The notes beneath the pieces are model-generated. The model worked only from the letters and a program-made list of their open reading frames with translations. It was not told where the DNA came from and did no database searches. Below, piece after piece: positions 47,981-60,706 of a DNA stretch of 64,000 bases. A program made the translations under genes and the position numbers. Positions within the stretch are counted from its first letter, which is position 1, and each line of letters begins with the position of its first letter. Source of the DNA: Centroscyllium fabricii (taxonomy: Eukaryota); the NCBI GenBank assembly GCA_051313645.2, contig JBNRSN020000018.1, forward strand, positions 55,304,001-55,368,000, in the 5' to 3' direction.

Positions 47981-48778
47981 GTGAGTATGTGTAGTTGTAT
48001 AAGGTTACGGTAATATTTCTGTCCTTTTGTGTTAACTTTGGTTGAGTAATCATTTAAATTGTAAGTTAATTAAATTATACTTGCAATGTTAAGACTTTAT
48101 TTCACCCTTGTTATGTTAATTTTGTTGTGGGGTTAGGGACACTTAAATTATCATGTACAAAGATTTTATTCTGGAGCTATTTTTAAGAGTACTTTTTGTT
48201 TATAGTATTTTTGTCATGGTATTCCTGAATCACTCCCCATCCCCATTAGGGCAGCCAGGTAAGCTTCTTCCATAGCGCACTGCTGTACAATAGAGCTGGA
48301 CAAGTTGAGTTGGAGAAACTGGGCCTCTGTTTTGTCTTCCTCTGCACTTGGGGAGACGTATGTGACCTTTTTTCTATATGTCTCTCCAGCTAAAGTGAGG
48401 GACCTGCCCTTTGGGAAATCGCAGACCCAAACCCACAATCTACCACCTCTGGTTTAGCGTATTGTTGATTAATATTGCTGTACTATCATATCACTGCAAT
48501 ACATTTCAATCAGAAATTGTTATGGAATTAATCAACTAAGAGTTCTTGTTACTTCACTAAAAACTTTTAAAAATGTTGAATTCTAAATGAATTTATTAAG
48601 GTTATTTTAAAATAAAATACTTATAGGAGATAAAGGATAGAAACTATATGTCTAAACATTTATTAACACTTTAAAATCAAAAAACATTTTATTCAATATT
48701 ATTTTTCATCAGATTTAGCCCTTTGAGAATGGAACAAGTAATCTGACCTGTAAATGACACCTGAAACAACCATTTCAT

Positions 48779-49289
48779 TGAAGATAGGAGCAAGAGTAGG
48801 CCATTCGGCCCCTCGAGCCTGCTCCGCCATTCAATGAGATCATGGCTGATCATTCAGATTCAGTACACTGTCCCTGCTTTCTCCCCATATCCCATTAGCC
48901 TTAAGAAATATATCCAACTCCTTCTTGAATATATGTAATGAATTAGCCTCCATTGCCTTCTGTGGTAGAGAATTCCACAGGTTCACCACTCTCTGGGTGA
49001 AGAAATTCCTCCTCATCTCTGTCCTAAATGGCTTACCCCTTATCCTTAGATTGTGACCCCTGGTTCTGGACTCCCCCGCCAGCGGGAACATCCTTCCTGC
49101 ATCTAGTCTGTCCAGTCCTGTTAGAAATTTATAGGTTTCAATGAGATCCCCTCTTACCCAATCTCTCCTCATACATCATTCCTGCCATCCCAGGTATCAG
49201 CCTGGCGAATCTTCGCTGCACTCCTTCCATGGCAAGAATATCCTTCCTTAGAGAAGGCGACCGAAACTGAACACCATACTCAAGATGTG
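48779..49289 (-). mobile_element. CR1 3' fragment
   Basis: RGDLIETYKFLTGLDRLDAGRMFP...; same tail as the HE1 SINEs. Confidence 0.9.
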
Positions 49290-49420
49290 GGGATTGGTTG
49301 GCACAGTGGGTTGGCACTGTGTGCCTTCATCTTCTGGCAGTGCCAGACTGATGGGCTCTCTGGCTGTAAGGGTTAAAGTGAGTTTGTTCAGTCTCCGTCC
49401 AGTTGCGAGTGATCGACAGA
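49289..49420 (+). mobile_element. LF-SINE-like 5' fragment
   Basis: GGGGATTGGTTGGCACAGTGG...GAGTTTGTTCAGTCTCCGTCCAGTT resembles the LF-SINE consensus as recalled; not verified. Confidence 0.4.
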
Positions 49421-49462
49421 ACAAAACAACTCAATTCATTTGATATTCTCAGATTGAAAATA

Positions 49463-49919
49463 ACTAAAAGACTTGCATTTATAAAGTGCCTTTCACAACC
49501 TCAGGACATCCCAAAGTGCTTTACAGCTAATGAAGTACTTTTGAAGTGCAGTCACTGTTGTAATGTAGGAAACGCAGCAGCCAATTTGCGCACAGCAAGC
49601 TCCCACAAATAGCAATGTGATGGTGACCAGATAATCTCTTTTTTGTTGTTTTGATTGAGGGTTAAATATTGGCCAGGTCACCGGGGATAACTCCCTTGCT
49701 CATCTTCAAAATAGTGCCATGGTATTTTTTACGTCCATCTGAGACACAGACGGAGCATCGGTTTAACGTCTCATCCAAAAGATGGCACCTCTGACAGTGC
49801 AGCACTCCCTCAGTACTGCACTGGAGTGTCAGCCTGGATTTTTGTGCTCGTAACTCTGGAGTGGGACTTGAACCCACAACCTTCTGACTCAGAGGAAAGA
49901 GTGCTACCAACTGAGCCAC
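49463..49919 (-). mobile_element. Full-length Deu-domain SINE (SacSINE1/AmnSINE-like)
   Basis: tRNA head GTGGCTCAGTTGGTAGCAC...GGTTCAAGTCCC, Deu core, and L2-like tail ATAAATGCAAGTCTTT. Confidence 0.85.
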
Positions 49920-52900
49920 TCATTTGTTTGGGTAATGAGGGGAAAATCAGATTGGTGTGGAAGGAGATGGTGTTCTGAGATGAATTAAGACATTTTTGGA
50001 ACAATGCTTTATACTGCATTTAACCTGTTATAAATCTCTCTGGAGTACTTGATGCTGTCACTATGAAAGGGACCATAAAATGTTCCATTACCAGTACTGA
50101 CATCCTTGATTACAAAGTCCTGTTTGCTTCCCCCACCCTGCAGTCATATTCTTGTTTATTTATTAGACATGCACATACAATTAGGATTTGCTGTTATCCA
50201 CAAGGATGGAAGTAGAATCACCAAGGAAAATAATGTGTGCCTTTGTGCCATCTTAATATGTGTATTTGTATGTAAGGCTTTGTTCTGAGTTATATTCTTT
50301 GAAGGTATCAAGGACTTAAAATGATGTGAGCAATGTAATGCACTTTTTTTTTAACTTGTCTGATTCCAGCAGCACCAGGTCAAGAAGAGAGTAAAGTGAT
50401 AGGTTGGACAGGAATTTTGTACATGATGGATCTAGTCTATTGTTGGTAATATAACATTCTTCCCATTTTTTCGATCTTCACATTTGAATCAGGATGGCTG
50501 TCAGATCAACACATTAATGCTGAGTGAGTGAAAGGATGTAAATAGCTTTAGGTAGTTGCCTCATAGATTGCTTCAAGAGAAACCCTCTGCATGTGGTGAC
50601 TGTCGTGCAAGTGGAAGGAACTCTGAATATTCTCTGGTGGTTCTTATCTTGCCAAAGAATAACATGCAATGCATTTTGTTACTAATGTTCTATTGGGGAG
50701 AAAGAAAGTGATTGGTTTGAGAAATACTGTTGGGGTTTTATCCAATTAGAAGACTAAGGCTCCATGCATAGGTACATCATTGATCTAGTGCTGCTGGAAT
50801 CGGCCAACTTTACAGATTTGACAAATGGCTTCAATATTTCAAGCCAACTTGTTGCAGTTGTGCTACTTGGCAACAATGGGTGAACCTCTTAAATTTGAGG
50901 CTTTCCTGGCTGCCAAGTGTGTTCTAACCTGCTTTGTCAAGTCTGCCATTGTTTCAGGGCTCGGAGACTTGCTGTGCTATGTCTGCCCTTCATCTGGTTA
51001 CTAGACATTGTCTGGAGAAGACTGGTGGACTCAAATCAATGCACAGTGCAAGAAGGCCAAGAAGCAGGTTTTCTTCAGGCAGTAAACAGTTAAAAGAATC
51101 TCTGAGATTTTCTTACCGCAAATTGTGTGAATGATCCTGATTTGTAAATTAAATCTCTTATTTGCGGGTATTGGGAAGTTGCTGAGGCCGACTGTCTTAA
51201 CACTTGCTAAAGATTCTCGGCAACCTGTTTTTAAAGGGAAAGTCTCCCTCGATGTGTCTTTAACCTTGCAGTGGATGATAGCAAATCCTAATTTGCATGT
51301 GAAGCTTTAACTCAAAAGACCCTACCTAATGTAACATTTGTGTATCCATGACACTAACTTTTCATTCAAAATTATAATGTTTTGTTCTCATTGGCCATGA
51401 AAGTTCCTTGTAAAAATGGGCATAATGAAAGTTGACCTGTTTAGTTTGTGTTGTCATTAAGATGCCAGTAAAACAGAAAGGTGGATGTTGGCCATCTGAC
51501 AGGCAAAGCACTTTCTTTTTACTTTTTTGTATTTCTTGCTTGCTTTGTTTTCTTTAGCTGTCAGCTATTTCTAAAAGTTGCTAGTTTCATGCCAATAGAG
51601 GGACAATGTATCCATGCTCAGCAAGAGTGAAGCTTCTTCATATTCTCTGATGATCTTTAGAGCAGTTTAAATTTCAATAATGATTATGGGTAAACTCTTC
51701 CTCCATTGAAACGAAATTGAATCTAGACCTGTGGTGGGAGACAGATAACAATATACTGACTCCACTACTGCTGAAGCATATCGGGCATTGTTTACTGACT
51801 ACTATAGCTTGTTGGGCCCGATTGTCATCGAGTCTAGTAATGACTGAGCTTCCAAACATCAGTGTTGTTTTACCCACAAAATACACCCGTGAAATATTGT
51901 TAAGCTTGTGCAAGAGTACAGAAGAGCTACAGCAAATAGCACATTAAAGGGTAGGACTGTGGAGTAATATATATCTAAATTAATAAATATAAATTTATAT
52001 ATAAATTATACTAACTTTGTATGTGTATATATAATATCCATCTACCCCTTCTACTACTAGGAGTTAGAAAATTTATGTTCTGGAACTTGCTGATGAGTCA
52101 CCTGTCTTAAACACTTCTCATTTTACTAACTCTTCCAATTTTAACTTAACTGTAATCAGGTCAGATATTGGGTGTCTTCAACATACTGGGAACACTCCAT
52201 GTCTCCTGATCATGTGTTTGTAAATATCTTCGTACTTTAACTCCGTTTCTGGTTTTTACCGGAACATGACTCCAATTTTTGGTTTATTTTAAAAGTGGGT
52301 GTCCTAGAAAACCATACATACATGCATGCTTGCTTGCTTGTATCCTATAAACACCTGTCACCTCAAATTAAAAGTGCTTTGTTAGACCTTAACCAAACTT
52401 CATAAGTGACCTCCTCTTATCAGACAGTGGGTTCCTTTCGAAAATGAGCATGCTGAGAACTGTCCTTGTATCCTGTCTCCAAAAATCAGGTAAGGACCTT
52501 CATTGTCAATGCCCCAACACTTAGTTGTAAGAATGTCTGGAGGTGAGTGACTTTGGGTGGAGGGACAGAGCAGAGAAAATTAAATCCCATAATCTTACCA
52601 AAGCAGCTAGCATTAGGCTATTTTTACCATTGTTTAATCGGAAGGTGGGGGGGGGGCACGGTTTGGAGAGAGAAGACCCTCAAGTTAAATATGAAGGGTT
52701 ATCTAGATTTTCAGTACTGAACTTTCTAGTAAGATTGTTATCCTTACTGCTTTGTACCACAGAATAACGTAATGTAGCTTTAAGCATTCTGAGGCAGTAG
52801 CTGCTGTCCAAATTACACTCGAGTTAGTTTTACCAACAGGACAAAAGCATGGTAACAGTCGTCCTTCCATTGCTTGGAGCTGCTTCAAGTTGGCTCCCTA

Positions 52901-55060
52901 ATTGGAGGAAAACTATGTTGGATTTGCCTTTCTTTGTGGCTGGGGAGGGGGTGGCTTTGTCACAGTAAATTCCGGTCCAGAGGAGAGTATTTCAGCGCTA
53001 TAAGCGACACAGTTTTTGTACTTTTAATTCCCCACAATACAGAACTGAGCAGATGTGTTTGCCAATGGACAGGAAGCCAGCCTTTCCCATTCTGACCTGG
53101 GGAAAGGAAGCAACTAATGGACATCAATTCACAGCCTTTTCTATTTTACTCTGTTATGGTTCAATTTTTTCTCAAGGCTGTTGAACCTTTTTTCTTTAAA
53201 TGAGAACATTGTCCTTTTCCAAAAAAAAAGCCATCCAAAACATTACCATTAACTGTTTGATTCCCATCCCCAACCCCATTTCTATTAATTGCCTTTGAAC
53301 GTTGTTTAAACTCAGCCATTTATGGGTAACAGCTTGGAACAATTTACCAATGCCTAGCGTGTCAGAACTTTAGCTCTGTATGTTAATTCCGTGCTCTCAT
53401 ACTGTTGGGTTCAGTAACTTTACAAGTCATTCCCAGCGGTTTAATGTTTTAGCACTTGTTAAAATAAGATCAACCTTTGTGAAATGCCTGGACAAATTCT
53501 AGTATTTGTTTTCAAAAGGAGTGCTGCTGTTATGAAATCTTAATTGAAATCCTTGGCCTTGTCCTGCCCCAATAATTTAATTTAGAATAACACCCAAAAA
53601 TGTGTATTCAATCTTTTTGTTGCTATAAACTGTGTTTGCCATAGCTTGTAGAAAGTGTCAAAAAATTAGAAACTTCATTGTCTGAAATAAATGTTAACCT
53701 ATTCAGTTTCATAAAAGATGCATGATTTTCTCACTTGCTCGCCAGACCTTGAATTTGTAGGTCCCAAGTCTGTTGACCTTTTTAACAATGTCCTATGTTT
53801 CAATCTGCCCTTTGATTTGCTGTTGCATCTACATCAGCATGGTCATTTTCCTTCGCTTTTTTGCCACTTTGTTGCATTTCCTTGCGCTAATTCCTTTTGT
53901 TCTTTACTGTATTTTCACAGTACGTTTTACATGATCTTGATGGTTGTGCTGCAGGGGTGAGAATGCAGAAACAGTTTAAACGAGAAAAATAAATTAACTT
54001 GCAATCCATAATTCTGTTATTAAATGTTTACGTGAAAGGTTAACCCAGTGTTTGCCTAGAATGTGTGAACAACCCTGTTTAAAAAGGAATGAAGAGGGAA
54101 AAAGTCGTTTAAGAAATCTATAACCAGATATTTAACAAAAAAAAATTCACAAATGGGAAATTGAAAACTTAACTATGTTGTCATATTTCTGAGAAATTGA
54201 TGCAATTTCAGTTGTTGAATAACTTTGCTTGAATTTAGATATTTATATCCTATAATTCAAAAGAGAAATCTGTGAGCAAATTTTTACTTCGATTATCAAC
54301 ATACTTGTATCTTATTGTGCTATATGTGCCGTGTCATTTTTTTCAAACCTTTTGCAAGAATATTTTACTATTTACCGCTTTTACCAAGTGTCAAATTTTA
54401 ATGTATTTTTAAAAAGGCCCAATTTATATTTTCACTTCTGCCCCATACCCATCCTCTCTTGCATGTAGTGACCTATGCCGGGCTATAGTTCTATAGGTGC
54501 CATTGACCCCATCACTTCTCCTAGCTGTCCATTCTTTGTGGGCTTGAACATAGTATTGGCAGGCTATTCACCTGTTGACAGCATTACATCCAAGCTCAAT
54601 CTATCTTCCTCAGAGACTCGTACATGCACTTCCAACAAGAGTCACAGAATATCAACAACCCCGCCCCCGACCCAGCCTTGAGCTATGGAGATGAATTGTC
54701 ACATTTTTACTATTCCTTAAAATCAATTTATTTGATGCTGATTAGCAATCAAATGAGGCACTTGCCCAGTTTGTTTGGCTCAGTGATGCTCACCGGAGCA
54801 ATTTGTTATTTTTGAAAATAAAAATAGATTTCAATTAAATTAATTTGATCATGATAAACTTACGTGATGTACACCAAAAATTTCACACCTGTAAACTTGA
54901 ACGTTAGGCCATTTGAACAAAATTCAGTCCCATTAAGTTACCAGTGAAGTGCACTGAAGTATAAAGTCAATTACACATCGCTACAAAGATGGATATAATG
55001 AGAAGGTGGGGTAGGTAAGGTTGATCGACAAAAAAAGGCAAGTCTTGCTGAGCCTATTTT

Positions 55061-55345
55061 TGGTCTAGAAATTCGATCGGAGAATTGATGGTCCGATCTA
55101 CAGCTCCTTCAGCTAATTTTCCCCTTTGAAGTGTTCCTTCTTGTTTGCAGCAAAATGAACTTTCCCTTTAAGAGACGCACACTGCCTTTAAGTGGTGTCG
55201 GAGACGCCTGATTTCTTAACCCCAAGCAGGCATGCAGCCAATAAGTATGGGTAGGCCTGTCCCATTATAATGAAGTCTCTGCGTCCACGTGAATAGCTGC
55301 ATGCAGCGCGCGCCTGAAAATGAATACGATTGAATTTCTAGGCCC
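55061..55345. mobile_element. Harbinger-like MITE, ~285 bp
   Basis: TIRs GGTCTAGAAATTCGATCG and CGATTGAATTTCTAGGCC (16/18 match). Confidence 0.75.
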
Positions 55346-55646
55346 TTGTGTTTGTATTTTTCGAACTGCGCTATTTGTGTGTTAGATGTAATGCATCATC
55401 AACAATAGGACCTCTAATCTTAAAAAGAATCAATTGAGTAATATATTCCACAATTGTATATGTCCCATTGTATCTCCTACCCATAATCACAATTAACAAT
55501 TATTATTTTCCTATTGTAGAATGTAAATGGTATATATTGTAAGTATGTTGCATAATTGTATTTTGTTCTATATAAACAAACATGTCTATTTTAAAACTTA
55601 AACTTAGCGAATTGTAGATAAAGGTTTGTTTTTCCCTAATTTGCAG

Positions 55647-55708
55647 GATTCAATAATCGTTATACAAAGCCGAAAGGGCCAAGAGATCCTCCTCCTGAGT
55701 GGACATGA
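55647..55708 (+). CDS. PTPN12: PTPN12 terminal coding exon: (G)FNNRYTKPKGPRDPPPEWT* (CTH domain)
   Basis: ttgcag acceptor; 62 nt ending in TGA at 55706-55708. CTH motif KPKGPRDPP.EWT of PEST-family phosphatases. Confidence 0.97.
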
Positions 55709-57140
55709 TGGAGCAGACAGACGTTCAAATGGACCGTAATACTGGAGTGTTTCTCTTCAAGTGCCACGAAAGGACTGAAAAGTAGAACAATTATTCACAC
55801 TCACTAAAAACAATCTTTCTTTACTAACAAAAAGCAAGAGCAATTTAGATGTCTTCTCAGTTACAGAATGGTACACATTTTACATCTATTGTAACTTGCT
55901 AATAAAAACCTTCCAAGGGTGTGGATTCCGGTGCTAAATATCTCTTTGCTGGGACCATTTTTACCTGCCTTATTTCACACTTAAAAGTATTAAGACTTAA
56001 AAAAAAAAAGTAAAGTATTACAGGCCTTAATTTTTGGGGGGAATTTGTTACACTGCTTGTAGGATTGTATATTAATACAGTAAAATACGTATAAATAGGG
56101 AGTCTGTGGACAGTTATTCTTTGCTAACTTCCAGAAACTATTATGTGCATTACTCTTTTTATATATGTACAGGGCAGGTAGGTATATAATTGACAGTGTT
56201 GCAGGTATTAAATATTCTTAACAGAAGATGTAAGAAATCTGTGCATGATCTAAACCTTTTTGTGTACCATTTTTTGTAAATTATTTGCCCTGAAATTATA
56301 GAAAAATATTCTTTCAGGCATTCTTAACTACTGGAAATGAGCAGGAAGTTGCAGTTTAACAGGGGTTGAGATTGTAATAATACATTTGTAAATTGTAAGC
56401 AAAAGGATATTTTTATATTATATGCTGTTAACCAATCCCACTTTCATCTGTTGTTCATTTGGCCTTGAATTTAGTAAGTGCCTTCGAACAGTATGCAATC
56501 CTGTTAACATCACGTCAGCATTTTGTTTGTGCTTTTGTGCATCTGGGATAAGAGGACTATCAACCACACGGACCTGTATTTTACAATATATTGACCTGTC
56601 AGTAAAGATCTTGAAACAAATTAGCTTGTTTTATTGCTTTATTGCATTAAAATTCACAAATACATTGTCCTATTTGAGTAATAGAACTTTTCAATACTTT
56701 TCACTTAATATGAAAGTGTTTGGTAACAAAAATAATGCTTTTTGTACAACTTTTTGCCGAGTAAATGAACATAAAGGTTCAGAAACGAATGAGGGCAATT
56801 TTAATGCAACATAAGATGATTCACAACTCAACTGTCCTATTATTTGCCTATTTGTGTCAAATAGCCTTTGACAGTCATATTGAGTGCTACTTGATTAATC
56901 TGAGCAAAAAGAATTCGGATCTCTGTTGATCCTGATTTCCTGAACAGACAAAATTAAATACTAATATTTTTCATTAACTGCCTGTTTTTTTTGTATAAAA
57001 AGAATTATGATGTCTGTGGCAAAATCAAAGCCCGTTCAAATGTGTTTTTTTCTCTCTCGCTGACATTCAACTGTGAAAATCTTGGTTCTGGCTTTTTGCA
57101 TCGGCTGTTCAAATAAATTTACATTCTTCGGTTCCTTAAT
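55709..57140 (+). other. PTPN12: PTPN12 3'UTR (end approximate)
   Basis: AU-rich, repeat-free stretch after the stop. AATAAA at 55901 and 57112; the true cleavage site cannot be fixed from sequence. Confidence 0.6.
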
Positions 57141-59211
57141 CAGAGTCATTGTGACTGAAGATTTTTAATGGATGTCTCAAGCGAGACACTGAAGAGTTTT
57201 GGATTTGACTTTCTTAGTCTTCTGAATGCTCACCACGCTTTCTAAGTGGGTTTTGTATGGCTAGGTGGAATAAATATGGTAATTATATAGCAATGAGCCA
57301 GAGATATTGGCCTCTTTTTAAAAACGTTAAACATTTCACCCCAAGTGTGAATGAAGAACATAGTTACACATTTCCAAGCGCTTTACAGTGTAGTGAAGGA
57401 TGAGTGGACAGCGAGCAGGAGGGAAATAAAAGCACAGTTAATGGGGAGGGTTTGCAGGGGCATTTTTGTCTGGTTTCAATAGTAGTCCAGTAACAGTACA
57501 TAAGCCATTTAAAAATAAAAATAAACTTTGTACCAAGCTTATCTTGATGCAATGTTTCAAGTTTTGTCAGTTACATGCTAGAGAGAATAATTTATGCAAT
57601 GTTGTGCAATTTGTATATGACTGATGGTTCCTTTTTAAATTTGAATGACCAGCTATTCAAAATCAGAATGTTTCTAACTCTTCTGGGATTTTAAAAAGGG
57701 GTGTTTAAATTAAAGACTGCTCTTGTAGCTTAGTTGAAAGAGAGAAAGCAGTTTGAAACTTTTGAATGTGATAGATGTGTTGAAGGAGGTAGTTCCAGTG
57801 GGCAAAGGCACAATGGCGTGCATGGAAGGTGGACTGTGGTTGGAGGAGATTAAGACCGGGAGAAGGGAGGTCATGAAGAGATTGAGGGTCTTTAAGTTGA
57901 TTCCCTAGCCAAAGCAGAAGCTATTAGATGGGGTGACTGAAAACTGGGCTAAAGAGGTGGGTTTTAAGGAGGAGAGTGGAGTTGAGAGTCAGACGGGTTT
58001 CAGGAGGGAATTCGATAGCATATTGCTCAGATAACCGAAATCATGGCCGGCAGTGGTTGGATGAGGGAGGTGGGGTCCACATAAGGTTAGATCATAGGAA
58101 GGATAGTTTGAGGGGAGGGATTTAGGGCTGGAAGAGGTTACAGAGGTAGGGATGGGGCATGATCATGATGGGATTTAAATACAAGGATGACCATTTTAAA
58201 ATGGAGGTGTTTTGGGAGACGAGGTGAGGTCAGCAAGGATACGGGCGGCAGAGTTTTGAATGACCTGAAGTTTACGGAGGGTGGAGCATGTGAGGGTGGC
58301 CAGGGGAGCATTGCAATAATCAAGTCTGGAGGTGACAAAGGCATGGATGAGTGTTTCAGCAACAGATTGGATGAGCAGGGACAGGAGTGAGTGATGTTAA
58401 AGATGGAAATAGGCAGTCTTTGTGATGGACAGGATCTGGGGTGGGTAGCTCGGTGTAGTCGAAATACAGGTCTGTGGCTGATTCAGCCGGAGGCAATGGC
58501 CAGGGAGGGGGTTGGAATTGATGCCAGGGATTTGGAGTTTGTGGTGTGGACCAAAGACACTGGTTTCTGTCTTCCTAATGTTTAATTGGAGGAAACTGCG
58601 GCTCATCCACGACAGGATATTGCACATACAGTCCGACAACACAGGTAATAGTGGAGAGACAGAGTTGGATGTCGTTAGCATACTTGTAGAAGCTGACCCG
58701 ATGTCTACAGATGTTATTGCCAAAGGCAGCATGTAGATGAGAAATAGAAAGGGGCTAAGGATAGATCCTTGGGGGACTCCAGCGGTAAGTGAGGGTGGAA
58801 AGCAAAGCTATTGCTAGAAATGGTCTGACTGCTCGGACAGCGACGAGTGTAACCGAGGGAGGGCAATCCTACCGAGCTGGCCAATTGACGAAAGACCTTG
58901 GAAAGAGGATGGTGTCGTCCATGTAAACAGTGCTGCAAGGATGAGGGGGAATAATGCACCTCAGTTAGTCATTGAGGATGTCATTTGTGACTTATGGCCA
59001 TTTTGGTGCTGTGCAGAGACCGAACCCTGATTGGAGAGGTTCAGAATGGAGATGTGGGAAAGATGGGCTTGGATTTGGGAGGTGACATTTGGAGAGGATA
59101 AGGAGGTTGGAGGTGTGACGGTAGGATTTTTGAGGAGGGGCGAGATGGTAGTTTTGAAAAGGAGGGGAACAGTACCTGAGGAGAGAAGAACCATTTGCAA
59201 TGTTAGCATGG

Positions 59212-59587
59212 GAAACATAGAAGATAGGAGCAGGAGTCAGCCATTCGGCCCCTCGAGCCTGCTCCGCCATTCAATGAGATCATGGCTGATCATCAAAACT
59301 CAGTACCCTGTCCCTGCCTTCTCCCCATATCCCTTGATCCCTCTAGCCTTAAGAAATACATCCAGCTCCTTCTTGAATATATTCAATGAACTAGCCTCCA
59401 CTGCCCTCTGTGGCAGTGAATTCCACAGGTTCACCACTCTGGGTGAAGAAATTCCTCCTCATCTCTGTCCTAAATGAGTTACCCCTTATCCTTCGACTAT
59501 GACCCCTGGTTCTGGATTCTCCGATCATCGGGAACATTCTTCCTGCATCAAGTTTGTCCAGACCAGTTAGAATTTTATGCGTTTCGA
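59212..59587 (-). mobile_element. CR1 3' fragment inserted in L2
   Basis: ETHKILTGLDKLDAGRMFP; HE1-shared tail. Confidence 0.88.
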
Positions 59588-59836
59588 AGTTCGATGGTGA
59601 GCATATTAGTGGGAATGGGGTCAAGGCGGTGGGTCCCGTGGACAAGATGAGCTCAGGGAGCACAAGGGGAGGTAGGAGAGTAACTAAAGAGAGATGTTGG
59701 TACAGGGCGAGGGAAGGGGGAGCCTGATGGGTGAACATTGGCTTGCTGGGCAAGGGGGGAAACAACAGAGGCAGCTGAATGAATGGTCTTAGTATTACTA
59801 ATCAAAAGAAAACCCATGAGCTCTTTACACTTGTTG

Positions 59837-60200
59837 GAACATTTAAAATTCTTACAGGGCTTGACAGGCTAGAAGTTGAGAGTATGTTTCCCCGGCTGGG
59901 GAGTCTAGAACTAGGGGGTCACAGTCTCCGAATAAGGGGTTGGCCATTTCAGACCGAGATGAGAATTTTTTTCATTCAAAGAGTTCAGAATCTTTGGAAT
60001 TCTCTTCTCCAGAGGGCTGTGGATGCTCGGTCATTGAGCATATTCAAGACAGAGATCAATAAATTTTTGGATAGTAAGTGAATCAAGGGATATGGGGATA
60101 GTACGGGAAGGCGCAGTTGAGGTAGATTAGCCATGATCGTAGTGAATGGCGGAGCAAGCTCGAAGGGCCGAATGGCCTAGTCCTGCTCCTATTTCTTATG
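59837..60200 (+). mobile_element. CR1 3' fragment inserted in L2
   Basis: TFKILTGLDRLEVESMFP; tail CCTGCTCCTATTTCTTATG. Confidence 0.85.
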
Positions 60201-60706
60201 AGAGGGTGGAGGCAGCAGGGGAAGTGGAATTTAATGAGACTATTGGTAATGGAGAGAAGAAGCCAGGGGTTATATTCTTTAAAAAAAAAAAAAAAAAAAA
60301 GGGTTTCAACTGCGGGGAGGTGAGATGGGATGGCGGGGGCTTATGTTTCAGTGATAAAAGAAAGCAGTTTTAACTGACTGATAAGATGTGTGGAAGGAAG
60401 CTGAGCTTGGGATTTTGTTGGAATTAAGCTGACGAAAATAATAGCTGGGTTTGAAGTAAATCATAGAGGAGGGGGCCAAGGATCGATCATTGCAGTGCAT
60501 CATAGGTGTGGTCAAGATAGAAGCCATTTGAGGCGATGTCGTATCGGTGATGAAACAGGTAATGGAATTAAAGAAAGCTGTGCTGTAGAAGCGTACTGTG
60601 GAGGTGGGACATTTGAGGAGGATGGAGACTATGTTAAAGACAACACAAATTACAGGTTTCTGGAAAATTCTTTGCTTTTAATGCAACCTAAATCAAAAGA
60701 CATTTG

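Larger units (their letters stand above)
57790..60640 (-). mobile_element. Old L2 LINE interrupted by two CR1 3' fragments
   Basis: LSWMSRSFLQLNIRKTE, ITKTAYFHL, GTVPLLFKT on minus; resumes after each CR1 insert. Boundaries approximate. Confidence 0.75.

Noticed and set aside
3395-55708. Assignment to PTPN22 or PTPN18
   Set aside because: PPKPPR, CLVEGDAKEEILQPPEP, WQDNDRYHPKP, SFTNPLHSDDS and GPRDPP.EWT are PTPN12-type.
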